From Verrucomicrobiota bacterium (GTDB lineage: Bacteria > Verrucomicrobiota > Verrucomicrobiia > Limisphaerales > CANJSG01), in assembly GCA_038209745.1 (NCBI GenBank), contig JBBQXJ010000014.1:1-64000 (forward strand): a DNA stretch of 64,000 nt, given 5' to 3'. Made by a program: the position numbers and the translations under genes. Below the pieces are notes generated by a model that worked only from the letters and a program-made list of their open reading frames with translations, did no database searches and had not been told where the DNA came from. Below, one piece after another: positions 45,564 through 56,568 of this stretch (position 1 is the first letter of the stretch; every line of letters begins with the position of its first letter).

Positions 45564-46855
45564 TGCCCGAAAACCAATCCACATCTGAAGGTGAAGGGTC
45601 GGCAAAGCCCACAAACAACGCTTCCGGGTTCCGCCGGCTGGTCTTCTGGCTCCATCTACTCGTTGGACTCGGCGCCGGTTTCATCGTGCTCGTGATGGCG
45701 GTAACCGGTGCGATCCTCGCCTACGAACGCCAGATCGTTGCGGCGAGCGACTCGGCCTTCCGCGTTGCACCGCCGGCGGCCGCTGCCACCAGGATGGATG
45801 TCGAAGCCCTCTTGGCCGCGGTCCAAGCGCAGACGGCGCACGGCGTGCCCGTGGGTCTGACCCTGCGCTCGGATCCGGACGCGCCGGCCGCAGTTTCTTT
45901 CGGCCAAAGCACCACGTTTTTCGTCGACCCGTATACCGGAGCTGTCCTTGGCGAGGCCACCCGGGGTTGGCGTCCGTTCTTCCGCTGGATCACGAATTGT
46001 CACCGCTGGCTCGGCGGCAACGGCCGGGGCGCCGGCAAGGCCATCACCGGAGCGTGCAACCTCGCATTCCTTTTTCTCGTGACCAGCGGCGTCTTCCTCT
46101 GGTTCCCGCGCAAGTGGACCCAACCCGCCGTCGCTGCGGTGACCCGCTTCAATGGGCGGCTCAAGGGCCGAGCCCGCGACTGGAATTGGCACAATGTCCT
46201 CGGCTTCTGGTCCGCCCTGCCGCTGGTGGTGATCGTTTCCACCGGCGTGGTCATGTCCTATCCATGGGCCAACGCGCTGCTCTTTCGCGCGACGGGCTCA
46301 AAACCGCCGGCGCCGACCGGGAAGTCGGAGGCAAAGACGGAGGAAGGGGACCGTGGCGGTGGCAAGACATCGGCCGAGCCTGAGGCTGGAGGCAATGCTG
46401 GCGGCCTGCAGAGCTCCAAAACGGAAGGCCAACGGTCTCGTCCGGGACCGCGACGAGGCTTCATCCCACCCGTTGAAATTCGCACGGCGGGGCTCAACCC
46501 AGTGTGGGCGGTGGCGGAGCGGAAGGTTGCCGGATGGAACTACGTCAGCCTGCGCTTTCCCCAGAAGGCCGGCGATCCGCTCACCTTCCTTGTGGACCGC
46601 GGCAACGGCGCCCGACCCGATCTCCGCGCGACTCTCACTCTCGATGCCGACACGGCTGCGGAATTGGACTGGGAACCCTATTCCAGCATGGACGCGGGGC
46701 AGAAGGCCCGGAACTGGGTTCGCTGGCTCCACACCGGCGAAGCGGGCGGCTGGATTGGCCAGACGATCGGACTGCTCGCCTGTCTCGCGGCCACCGTGCT
46801 GGTGTGGACCGGATTCGCGCTCAGTTGGCGCCGGTTCTTCGGAAAGAAGGGCTGA
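45563..46855 (+). CDS. PepSY-associated TM helix protein (PiuB-like)
   Basis: Start MPENQ at 45563 overlaps the piuC stop (TAATG). Motifs FWLHL, VDPYTG, HRWL, WHNVLG and RWLHTGE. Confidence 0.9.
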   Translation: MPENQSTSEGEGSAKPTNNASGFRRLVFWLHLLVGLGAGFIVLVMAVTGAILAYERQIVAASDSAFRVAPPAAAATRMDVEALLAAVQAQTAHGVPVGLTLRSDPDAPAAVSFGQSTTFFVDPYTGAVLGEATRGWRPFFRWITNCHRWLGGNGRGAGKAITGACNLAFLFLVTSGVFLWFPRKWTQPAVAAVTRFNGRLKGRARDWNWHNVLGFWSALPLVVIVSTGVVMSYPWANALLFRATGSKPPAPTGKSEAKTEEGDRGGGKTSAEPEAGGNAGGLQSSKTEGQRSRPGPRRGFIPPVEIRTAGLNPVWAVAERKVAGWNYVSLRFPQKAGDPLTFLVDRGNGARPDLRATLTLDADTAAELDWEPYSSMDAGQKARNWVRWLHTGEAGGWIGQTIGLLACLAATVLVWTGFALSWRRFFGKKG

Positions 46856-47022
46856 GGCAAACGCCGGGCCGATTGATGCGATCCAGTCGAATCGCCGAGT
46901 TTTTTGGTTGGGCTTTTGCAAACACGCATCGGCTCGCTCTGCAAAACCAGAACGCAATCCGCCGATGGTTTTTGGCAACCAGCCAAAAGCGGCCTGCTCC
47001 GAGTCTGTGATTCAATGCCCGG

Positions 47023-47721
47023 GTGACAGTGGACCATCCCGTCGTAGCCGAGAGTTCCCGAAGAAGCCGCTCGGCCGGCTTCGTATCGGTTCTGACCCTC
47101 GTGCTGTGGTCGGGCAGCCTGACGGTCGGCTTGCTCGGATTGGCTTTGCCCTACGCGCGACCAAAGCCCGTGCCGATGCCGGTCCAACCGATCGAGGCCG
47201 AGTTGCTGGAGATCGAACTGACCACCGCTCCCGTCGAACCTGATTATCAGCCGCCCGCCAACTCCGTCCGGCTCGATCCCCTGCCGCCAATGGCTGTGGT
47301 CCAGCCCCGAGTGCCGCAGGCGATCCCGGTCGCCACTGTGTCGCGGGTGGCGTTCGCGCTGCCGGTCGAAGGCCTGACCCGCGTGGTCGCGGTCGATCAG
47401 GCCGCGTTCAACCGGCCGACGCCTCCCGCCGCGCCGACCATCGGAGCACGGCCGGAAATGCTCACGTTCGGCCAAGGTGACGGACGCCAGCCAGCTCCGG
47501 AGTATCCGGCCCGAGCGCGTCGGTCGGGTCAGGAAGGATCCGTTTCGGTTCGTTTCACGGTGGGCGAATCGGGCCGTGTTCTTTCGGCGGAGGCTTCGGC
47601 TCCGTGCCGTTGGTCCTTATTGAACGAAGCCGCGCTCCGTGCGGTTCAGACGCGCTGGCGGTTCCCGGCCGGCAAACCGCGCCTCATCGAAGTCACCATC
47701 CGTTTCGAACTGAACCGTTAG
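47023..47721 (+). CDS. tonB: Energy transducer TonB
   Basis: TM anchor, Pro-rich linker, [22 protein letters not shown]...[12 protein letters not shown]. Confidence 0.88.
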   Translation: MTVDHPVVAESSRRSRSAGFVSVLTLVLWSGSLTVGLLGLALPYARPKPVPMPVQPIEAELLEIELTTAPVEPDYQPPANSVRLDPLPPMAVVQPRVPQAIPVATVSRVAFALPVEGLTRVVAVDQAAFNRPTPPAAPTIGARPEMLTFGQGDGRQPAPEYPARARRSGQEGSVSVRFTVGESGRVLSAEASAPCRWSLLNEAALRAVQTRWRFPAGKPRLIEVTIRFELNR

Positions 47722-47735
47722 TCTCCAGATCTTCT

Positions 47736-48431
47736 ATGCAGCCTCTATTCGCCAATGTCGTCCTCGACGTGTTCTTCAAGGGCGGTCCGATCATGTGGCC
47801 GATCCTGTTCTGCCTCGTGGCGGCGGCGGTGGTCGTGCTGGAACGTGCGATTTGGTGGACGTCCTTGGGTCGCCGCTCCAACGAAGAGAAGTTGAAGGGT
47901 GTGTTCGAAGCCATCGCCCAGGGCCGGTTCCAGGACGCGGTGCATCTGGCTCGGCAAGGACGCGATCCATTCCTCGCGACGGTCCACGAAGGGTTGATGC
48001 ATGCCCACGCCTCCTTGCTCGGCGCCATGCAGCTGAGGGCGACCGACGAGATCGACGAGGCGGAGAAGCGGCTTTGGATTCTCGGGACTTTGATCACTTT
48101 GGCACCGCTGCTCGGTCTCCTCGGAACGGTCACGGGCATCATGCACTCGTTCAGCTTTGTGGGCTCCGAGGAGCTGTCCGCGGTGAAGGTGAGCGGGGGC
48201 ATCGGCGAGGCGCTCATCGCCACGGCGTGCGGGCTGGGCATCGCCATTCTTTGCCTGATCCCTTTCAACTACCTCAATCGTCGACTGGCGCATCTCCGGT
48301 CGCGGCTGGAGCGCACGATCAACCACGTCGAGCTGCTGGTGCAGTCGGCTCGGCATCACGGACATGATTTGGAGGAGTTCGCCCGCCGGCAGGCGGTCGG
48401 AACACCGGCCGTTCCGGCCTCGCTGGATTGA
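47736..48431 (+). CDS. exbB: MotA/TolQ/ExbB proton channel protein
   Basis: [21 protein letters not shown] and [13 protein letters not shown]. Confidence 0.92.
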   Translation: MQPLFANVVLDVFFKGGPIMWPILFCLVAAAVVVLERAIWWTSLGRRSNEEKLKGVFEAIAQGRFQDAVHLARQGRDPFLATVHEGLMHAHASLLGAMQLRATDEIDEAEKRLWILGTLITLAPLLGLLGTVTGIMHSFSFVGSEELSAVKVSGGIGEALIATACGLGIAILCLIPFNYLNRRLAHLRSRLERTINHVELLVQSARHHGHDLEEFARRQAVGTPAVPASLD

Positions 48432-48456
48432 TCCGACCTCACCCGAATTCGCCGCC

Positions 48457-48888
48457 ATGCCTGTCCGACTCGGATCCCGAACGCCCTCCGAAAACGAGGC
48501 CCGCATCGAAATCGTCCCGCTCATCGACATCATGTTCTTCCTGCTCGCGGCCTTCATGCTGGTGAGCTTGAGCATGGTGCATCTCAAGGGCGTGAAAGTG
48601 GATCTCCCCACCGCCACGTCCGCGACCCTGGAAACCAAGAACGAACTTCTCAGCATCTCGGTGGACAAGAGCGGCCTCGCGTATCTCGACAAACAGCCGG
48701 TCGGTCCCAACGAGCTCGCCCAACAGCTCGCCGCTTGGCACCGGACCAACACGGACGTTCGCGTCTTCATCAGCGGGGACAAGGAAGCGCGCCACGGCGA
48801 CGTGATCCGCGTGCTGGATCTGGTGCGGGCCGCAGGCATCCAGAAAATCGCGTTCGAGACCCGTGAACCCGCGGGCAACCCGCCATGA
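48457..48888 (+). CDS. exbD: ExbD/TolR protein
   Basis: IEIVPLIDIMFFLL, VDLP and GDKEARHGDVIRVLD. Confidence 0.92.
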   Translation: MPVRLGSRTPSENEARIEIVPLIDIMFFLLAAFMLVSLSMVHLKGVKVDLPTATSATLETKNELLSISVDKSGLAYLDKQPVGPNELAQQLAAWHRTNTDVRVFISGDKEARHGDVIRVLDLVRAAGIQKIAFETREPAGNPP

Positions 48889-49388
48889 ACCGACGCCTCC
48901 AAGTTGCCAATCTGATCGGAGTATTGGTCCTCGTGGCTCTCTGCGTCGTGCAGTGGAACCGGAACCGCCGGGTGAACCTCGAAGCCATCCGGCTGGAGGC
49001 TTTGCGGCGATCGCAGGAGCAGGTGGTCGCCGACCAGACCCGGAACATCCAGGGCCTGACCGGAGATTTGGCCCAGTTCAAAGAACGGCTGGGCACGGCT
49101 CGCGAGGATCATTCGGAGTCCATGAAACAGATTTCGGCGTTGCGCGGCGAACGGGACGAGCTGTCGGTCGATACATCTCAGCTGAAGGAAAGCTTGGCTG
49201 CGTGGACCGATGCGGTCGTCGCGCGAGACGAGCGGCTCAAGGAGGCCAATGATCGGATCTTTGAATTGGGTGGGCGGCTCGACGATTCGATCCAGAAGTT
49301 CAATGGCCTCGCGACGAACTACAACGCGGTCGTGGCCCGGTTGAACGCGCTTGGGATGGCATCGGAGTCGACAGTTGCGAAGCCTTGA
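48885..49388 (+). CDS. Membrane-anchored coiled-coil hypothetical protein
   Basis: N-terminal TM, heptad-rich helical body, ATGA overlap with exbD. Confidence 0.75.
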   Translation: MNRRLQVANLIGVLVLVALCVVQWNRNRRVNLEAIRLEALRRSQEQVVADQTRNIQGLTGDLAQFKERLGTAREDHSESMKQISALRGERDELSVDTSQLKESLAAWTDAVVARDERLKEANDRIFELGGRLDDSIQKFNGLATNYNAVVARLNALGMASESTVAKP

Positions 49389-49619
49389 GATTTGCAACGG
49401 CGGAGAGCCCGGGAACAAGACGGGTCCGGAGGTGGATCACGTTCCGTGGGATGCCGTGTTCGTGAGGCGGGTCTTGGTCGGAATTTGGCTGGGAAACGGG
49501 CCTCCTGGCCGCGCCGCCGCGCTTCCGTAGATCTGGCATGCAGGCAATTTCAGGGACGAATAGTCGCCTCCAGACTTCGGATCCGACCCAATGGGAAGGT
49601 CCGCGCAGAGAGGCCGTCT

Positions 49620-50925
49620 CTACTCGTGCCGGAGCGCCTCGACCGGATCCATCTTGGCGGCGCGGAGGGCGGGGTAGATGCCGAAGACGACGCCGACGAG
49701 GGCGGAAATGGTGAAGGCAAGGACGGGGGACCAAAGGGTGACGATGGTCTTCATGCCGGCGAAGTGGGTCACGATCAGGGGCACGAGCATGCCGAAGGCG
49801 ACGCCCAGAATGCCGCCGGCCCCGGAGAGGATCACGGTCTCGACGAGGAACTGGATGATGATGTCGCGGCGACGGGCTCCGAGAGCGCGGCGGATGCCGA
49901 TCTCGCGGGTCCGTTCGGTCACGGTGGCCAGCATGATGTTCATGATGCCGATGCCGCCGACGACGAGGGAGATGGCGGCGATGGAGCCGAGGACGATGTT
50001 GAAGATTCGCTTGGTCTTTTCCTTCTGCCGGAGCAGTTCCAGGGGCACGATGATCTCGTAGTCCTTCTTCTTGTGGGTATGCTCCAGCACCTGCTTCACG
50101 GCGTCGGCCACGGAACCCACCTGCTCGGTGGTCTCGACCTTGACGGTGACTTCGTGGAGTTCGACCCGTTCGGCCTCCATGCTGCCGGCTCGACGCTTGA
50201 TCAAGAGGTCGCCGTAGCGCAGGCGGGCGGTTTCCAGCGGAATGAACATCTCGCCCTTGGTGGAACCGGAGCCGCCGACGGTTCCGTCGTCGTCGACGGG
50301 GGCTTTGCTGGGCGGATCGATCACGCCGACGACGCTGTAGTAGGTGCTGCCGACACGGACGTCTTTGCCCAAGGGGGAGGTGATCGGGAACAGGGAGCGG
50401 GCCAGCTTGGCGTCGAGAACGCAAACGGCGGACTTCTGGTCCATCTCGCCGTCGCTGAAGAACCGGCCGGAGGCCATGTGACGGTTCCTGAGCCGGGGAT
50501 ACCAGGGGACGGTGCCGATGATGTCGCTGTTGAGGCGGCGGCTGATGTGCCAGACGTAGTCGTTCATGATGCGCGCCGGCATCATGATGGTTACGCCGGG
50601 GATCGTGGCGCGGATCCGGTTCACATCGGTGTAGGTGAGGCCATAGGCCAGGACGCGGCTCTGGCTGCTCTGGTCGGACACCTTCTGCTCCTCGGGCGGC
50701 TTGGCGCTTCGGAGGATGATGTTCTGGCTGCCGAGATTCTTGATCGCCTCCTGGGCTTCGTAGCTGGCGCCTTCGCCGATGGCGAGCATGGCGATGACGG
50801 AGCAGACGCCGAAGACGATGCCCATCACCGTGAGCAACGAGCGGAGGCGGTGCAGCCAGAGGCTCTTCAGCCCGAGGCGAAAGGCGCGCTTCAGCCGGAG
50901 CCAGCGAAGCGATCTGTGGGATGAT

Positions 50926-50939
<14 letters not shown>
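49620..50939 (-). CDS. MacB/FtsX-type ABC permease
   Basis: RSLLTVMGIVFGV, VGGIGIMNIMLATVTERTREIGIRRALGA and DPVEALRHE. Start MSAAES at 50939. Confidence 0.93.
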
Positions 50940-51609
<670 letters not shown>

Positions 51610-51633
51610 GGTGGATTCGTCGAGTGGGGGAGG

Positions 51634-53544
51634 TCAGGCCTTGCCGGTGGCGACGGGAGGGGCCTTCTCCGTGGCTTCGACCGGTTTGTCCGAGGTCGGT
51701 GCGATCTCCTCCGGGCCGATGGACGGCGGGCGCAGGAGGATCTTCTCGCCTTCTTTGAGGCCGGCGACCACTTCGATGAATTCGTCGTTGAACTGGCCGG
51801 TCTGGATGACGCGTTTCTCGGTCTTGAACCCCGTGTTCACATAGCAGACCTGCTGGCCTCCGTCGGGCACGACGGCTTGGACGGGGATCTGGACGACGTC
51901 GTCAAGGCGGTCGACGAAGATCTCGACCTTGGCGCTCATGCCGGGTTTGACCCAGTCATGGGTGCCGCCGATGGAGAGGTCGGTCATGTAGACCTTGAGG
52001 TCGGGATTCATCCACCGGTTCTGCGAATCGGGGAGGACGGCCACCTTGGTCACCTCGGCCTCGAGGATCTGGTCGGGGAAGGCGTCGATGGTGACCTTGG
52101 CCTTCTGGCCCTTCTTCACCTTCTTGATGTAGCTCTCGTGGATCTTCACCGTCACTTCCATCCGGGTGAGGTTGGGGATGGTGATGATGGCTTGGCGTTC
52201 ACGCACGGTGGCACCTTCGCGGATGCGTTCTTCTCCGCCGTAGTAGTTGCCGTCGTCGCGGCCTCCGCCGTAGACGACAAGACCCGGTTTGGTGGCCTTG
52301 ATGATGCAGTTGTCCTTCTGCTCGACCAGTTCTTTGCGGCGGCGCAGTTGGACGTTGTATTGGGCTTCGGCCGAGCGGAGACGCGCTTCGGTTTGGGCGA
52401 GCTTGGATATGGCGGCTTTTTTGGCACGGTCGAGTTCGCGGACCGTCTCGGTGTAGGCGGAAGCGGCCTGTTCGGCGGCTTTGACGAATTCGTATTTGAG
52501 GAACAGCGCCTTGGCCGTCTCGGCGGTCTGGACCTTGAGGTTGACGTTGTCCATGGCGATCTCGTCGCGTTCGAGATCGGTCCGGGTGACGAAGCCGCGC
52601 TCGAAGAGCCGACGGGTGCCGCTGAGGGTGTTGGTGGCCTGTTTGAGCTCCTTTTGGGCGACCTGGAGGTCGTCCTCCAATTTGCGCAGCATCTGCTTGG
52701 CCTGGCCGGCGCCGAGGTGGTCCAGATCGGCATAGGGGGCGAAATCGATTGCGGCAGGCTCGGGCGCGGGCGGAGCGGCTTCGGGTGCGGCCGGAGTAAC
52801 CGGCGTCGGCGTCGGGGTTGACGGGGAAGGGGCCGGGTTCGGGGTCGGGGCCTTCAAGGTGATCGACGGACCGGCAGGCGGAGCGTCGGCGAGCATGCGC
52901 ACGGCCCGGTTGGCTGCGTCCGCATCTGGACCGGCCCCTGGAACGATGGGACCATCGGCTCGGGGGGGCTCAACGGGCAGCAGCACCGGTTTGTCCATGT
53001 CGTATTTCTGAACAAGGTCTTCTGCGACTTTTTCACCGAGGTACTTGTCGAAATCCATCCGGGCGAAGCGCTCTTTCTGCTCGGTGGCCTTGATGTCGCT
53101 GACGTTCTGGTTGCGCTGGATCTCGTAGTTCTGCTGGGCATCGGTGAAGCTGGCGGCGCCGGCCTGAAACTGGATCTCCTGCTGCACGATCTGGTTGTCG
53201 ATCTCGGAGGAATCCAGTTCGATCAACACCTTGCCGTTTTTCACGTCGGTGTCGGTGACCAGATAGCCTTCGTCCACGATGCGGAGAATCTTGGTGCCCT
53301 GATAGCCGACGCGGACCTCGCATTTGATCTGCTGGGATTCGATGGATTGGAGGCTGCCTCCTTCGAGGACGGTGATGTTCAGCGGACCGCGCCGCGCGGC
53401 GAAGGTGGCGCCTTCGAAACCAGGACCGCGGCCTCCGCCGCGGAAGACGAGGAACAGAACGGCGACGACCGCGACGCCGGCCACGACGAAGCGCCAGAGT
53501 GGTTGGCGCTTCACGAAATCTTGAAAGCTATTGTTTGCCGGCAT
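51634..53544 (-). CDS. Periplasmic adaptor (HlyD/MFP family), unusually long
   Basis: TM anchor, lipoyl halves (IVDEGYLV; IKATKPGLVV), extended coiled coil, KPGMSAKVEI, IPVQAV and GLKEGE. Confidence 0.88.
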   Translation of the reverse strand: MPANNSFQDFVKRQPLWRFVVAGVAVVAVLFLVFRGGGRGPGFEGATFAARRGPLNITVLEGGSLQSIESQQIKCEVRVGYQGTKILRIVDEGYLVTDTDVKNGKVLIELDSSEIDNQIVQQEIQFQAGAASFTDAQQNYEIQRNQNVSDIKATEQKERFARMDFDKYLGEKVAEDLVQKYDMDKPVLLPVEPPRADGPIVPGAGPDADAANRAVRMLADAPPAGPSITLKAPTPNPAPSPSTPTPTPVTPAAPEAAPPAPEPAAIDFAPYADLDHLGAGQAKQMLRKLEDDLQVAQKELKQATNTLSGTRRLFERGFVTRTDLERDEIAMDNVNLKVQTAETAKALFLKYEFVKAAEQAASAYTETVRELDRAKKAAISKLAQTEARLRSAEAQYNVQLRRRKELVEQKDNCIIKATKPGLVVYGGGRDDGNYYGGEERIREGATVRERQAIITIPNLTRMEVTVKIHESYIKKVKKGQKAKVTIDAFPDQILEAEVTKVAVLPDSQNRWMNPDLKVYMTDLSIGGTHDWVKPGMSAKVEIFVDRLDDVVQIPVQAVVPDGGQQVCYVNTGFKTEKRVIQTGQFNDEFIEVVAGLKEGEKILLRPPSIGPEEIAPTSDKPVEATEKAPPVATGKA

Positions 53545-55204
53545 TTGTCATTTCCTCCCAACGTCCGTTGTCCTTGATGAAGAGAATCCCCATGTTGTTC
53601 CAGAACTGCAGGCGCGCGATCGTGTGGGTGACCAGGGCCTGGGTGCGGGCGTTCTTGGAGGCATTGAGCGCGTTCTGCGCGTCGACCTGGTCCTGGGCCT
53701 TGGCCCGGCCGAGTTCGGATAGGATGGTCTGCTCCTCCACGCGGCGTTCGTTGATCTTCACCTGGATCTCGCTGATTTCGTAGGTGCGTTTCGCCTGGTC
53801 GAGGGTGCGCCAGCTGTCGCGGACATCGAGGCGGATCTGGTCCTCCTGTTGCTCCACCGCCCGGCCGGCGCTTTTCTCCGCGATCAGCGCGGAACGGTAG
53901 GAATTGCGTTCCGACTTACGGTCGAGGGGGAGGTTCACGTCGAGTCCGGCGCTCCAGCTGTAGCGGCTCGCGTCCGGAAAGTTCAATCGACCGCTGCGCG
54001 CGGGATCGTTGACGATGGCGACGTCGGCCACGAGATCCACCTGCGGTTTGAGGAAGTCTTTCGTCAAGTTCACTTGGCGGAGGGCGTCGTCGTGGCGATC
54101 CTTCACGTTCATGAAGTCCGTTCGGGAGGCCAGGGCGATTTTGATCGATTCATCGATCCCGAGGGTCGGATTCTCGATCAGGAGCGCGGTCAGATCCTTG
54201 TCGTCGAGGGCCACGTTGACCGCCACGGGAATGCCGAGCTGCGTCAGCTTGAAGCGGTCGAGCGTCTGCTTGTAGGAGAGGACGGCGCTGTTCCAGGAGT
54301 TCTCCGCGTCGAGTTCCTGCTGTTCGAGACGGCCGAGATCCGCCTGGGTGACGCGGCCTTCGGCGGCGAGAGCCCGGGTGCGGACGGCGTTCGTCCGGGA
54401 GCTCTGGAGATTGAGGAAGCTGTTCCTCGCGGCATCGCGCCGGCCGAGCACGTCGTAGTAGGCGGACGCGACCTGCACGCTGAAGTCCTTCCGGAACTGG
54501 GTGAAGACGCGCAGGTCATAGAGGAGGTTCCGCTCGGACTGGGTCAGCGCCTCGATCTGGGCCTTGAAATTGGCGTTGCGGAGCAGGGGGCGCGCGAAGG
54601 TCGCTCCAACCCTGGAGGAGGTGAAGGTCCGGGGATCGCCGGTGATGAAGCGCAGGAAGTCCGTGGTGAACGACGCGGAGATCCGACCGACGTCCCGGAT
54701 CAACCAGCTGGAATCCGCCGAGCCGGCCACCGATACGGATTGGTCCTCGGTGAGTCCGTCCACGGCCTGCTGGGTCTGGCCCGCGATGCCCCCTTTCACG
54801 CCCGCGTTGAAGAGCGGGGTGAACTGGTGGCGTGCGAGGGTCAGGCTCAGGGCGGAAAAATAGAGGCTCTCCTTGCGGGACTGGTAGGTGCGGTTGTGCT
54901 GGACGGCCAGCTTCAGGGATTCATCCAGCGAGACGATGTGGGCCCCAACCTCGGCGGCTCCGTCGGTCCCGAGGAAGTCCGCGGCGTCCGTTTGGACTGG
55001 AAGAGGATCGAGGACGATGCGGTTCGTCTGTTCGATGTTGAACCGGGGTTCGGTGTTCTTCACCAAACCCGATTTTCCGGCAATGGCCTTGTAGGCTTCG
55101 GCATCGGCCGACTTGCGGTAGTGCGCGGCGCTGCATCCGCACAGGATCAGCAGTGCGGAGACCAACGAAAGGGTCAGGTTTTGGTGGCGGAACAAAGGTT
55201 TCAT
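53528..55204 (-). CDS. TolC-family outer-membrane efflux lipoprotein
   Basis: Lipobox LCGC, SLDESLKLAVQHN, RPLLRN, VASAYYDV and WSAGLDVNLPLD; first gene of the exporter operon. Confidence 0.88.
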   Translation of the reverse strand: MKPLFRHQNLTLSLVSALLILCGCSAAHYRKSADAEAYKAIAGKSGLVKNTEPRFNIEQTNRIVLDPLPVQTDAADFLGTDGAAEVGAHIVSLDESLKLAVQHNRTYQSRKESLYFSALSLTLARHQFTPLFNAGVKGGIAGQTQQAVDGLTEDQSVSVAGSADSSWLIRDVGRISASFTTDFLRFITGDPRTFTSSRVGATFARPLLRNANFKAQIEALTQSERNLLYDLRVFTQFRKDFSVQVASAYYDVLGRRDAARNSFLNLQSSRTNAVRTRALAAEGRVTQADLGRLEQQELDAENSWNSAVLSYKQTLDRFKLTQLGIPVAVNVALDDKDLTALLIENPTLGIDESIKIALASRTDFMNVKDRHDDALRQVNLTKDFLKPQVDLVADVAIVNDPARSGRLNFPDASRYSWSAGLDVNLPLDRKSERNSYRSALIAEKSAGRAVEQQEDQIRLDVRDSWRTLDQAKRTYEISEIQVKINERRVEEQTILSELGRAKAQDQVDAQNALNASKNARTQALVTHTIARLQFWNNMGILFIKDNGRWEEMTNAGKQ

Positions 55205-55419
55205 TCTCCCGGATGACTCGCAGCTAGACTTGCCTGCTGATGGATATGTTCAAAATCCAAAGACGATCGGACCATGTTTTTTTAGAAAACCCCGGCCAAG
55301 CGAGATGGTTTCAGCAAACTCGGATTTTCTGAAGAGGGACGGTCCGGGGCGACCATGTGGAGTCTGACCGGGGTGGAGGCGGAAGCGCACGCACGGATTG
55401 CGCGATGGGCGTCTTTGGA

Positions 55420-56127
55420 TCAGCCGCCGAGGTAGGCGTCGCGGACCTTGGGATCGTTGCGGAGCGCGGCGGAGGTGCCGCTGAGAAGGATGCTTCCGGT
55501 CTCCAGCACGTAGCCGCGATGGGAGATCTCCAGGGCGAGGTTGGCGTTCTGTTCGACCAGCAGGATGGTCAGCTTTCGCGTGCGGTTCAGCTCGACGATC
55601 TTCTGGAAGATCGACTTCACCAACAGAGGGGCGATGCCGAGGGACGGTTCGTCCAGCAACAGGCAACGGGGCTGGCTCATGAGGGCGCGGCCAATGGCGA
55701 GCATCTGCTGTTCGCCGCCGCTGAGGGTGCCGGCGAGCTGGGCCTGACGTTCTTTCAACCGGGGAAAGGTGGTGAAGACGAACTCCTCTTCGCGGGCGAT
55801 GATCTTCTTGTCGCGCTGGAGGTAGGCGCCCATCTGGAGGTTTTCGCGGACGGTGAGGTTGGAGAAAACCATGCGGCCTTCGGGACAGTGGGCGAGCCCC
55901 AGGCCGACGAGCTTGTGGGCCGGGACGCCCGAGATTTCCTGGCCTTCGTAGAGGATCTGGCCGGACTTCGGTTTCAACATCCCCGAAATCGCCCGGAGCG
56001 TGGTGGTCTTGCCCGCGCCGTTCGCCCCGATGAGCGTGACGATCTCGCCCGGTTCGACCCGCAGCGAGATGGCGTGGAGCGCGGAGATGGCGCCGTAGTT
56101 GACGGTCAGGTTTCGGACTTCGAGCAC
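55420..56127 (-). CDS. livF: Branched-chain amino-acid ABC ATPase
   Basis: GANGAGKTT, PEGR, LSGGEQQMLAIGRALM, LDEPSLG and VEQNA. Confidence 0.95.
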   Translation of the reverse strand: MLEVRNLTVNYGAISALHAISLRVEPGEIVTLIGANGAGKTTTLRAISGMLKPKSGQILYEGQEISGVPAHKLVGLGLAHCPEGRMVFSNLTVRENLQMGAYLQRDKKIIAREEEFVFTTFPRLKERQAQLAGTLSGGEQQMLAIGRALMSQPRCLLLDEPSLGIAPLLVKSIFQKIVELNRTRKLTILLVEQNANLALEISHRGYVLETGSILLSGTSAALRNDPKVRDAYLGG

Positions 56128-56139
56128 GGGGCGGAGGAA

Positions 56140-56565
56140 TTAAAAGTTGGCCAATGTGAAATGAAAAATGGCTGGAGCTGTCGGGTGCGCTTCGTGGAAG
56201 TGCCGATGGTGCCCAGCACGCGGCGGATCTCGTCGGACCCTTGCACCTGCTCGACGGGCAGGGCCAAGGGCTGGATGTCGGAGGCGGCCATCACAGCGGA
56301 GACGATAGCGGGTCTCACGGGCTTCCTTGGGCGCGATGGACATCTTCGAGACGAAGGCGGCCCGGCTTTCGGCGGCTTGGGCTTCTTCCACGTTCAAGCC
56401 GACGCTCGTGCCGGAGCGCGCCATCTGGGACATCACCCCGCGTCCGACTCCGGGCTGTTGGTCGATGCGGTGGCAGTGTTTCACAACGTTCACAGCGCAG
56501 CGAAATGATCGTCTGCCGATCTCCGGTTGCTGGCTTTCCGCATTTTTGATCGGTGAATCCCCCAT
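56140..56565 (-). pseudogene. Four-helix-bundle (23S rRNA intervening-sequence protein family) gene, frameshifted
   Basis: SQMARSGTSVGLNVEEAQAAESRAAFVSKMSIAPKEARETRY. The family-like C-terminus (VMAASDI...DEIRRVLGTIGTSTK) continues in another frame after about 56295. Confidence 0.8.
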
Positions 56566-56568
56566 TTT

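Noticed and set aside
46856..47022. Possible riboswitch or Fur box before tonB
   Set aside because: Only short imperfect dyads; no recognisable cobalamin-riboswitch or Fur consensus.
56140..56565. Diversity-generating retroelement suggested by the Avd-related four-helix-bundle gene
   Set aside because: No reverse transcriptase and no TR/VR repeat pair seen in the window.
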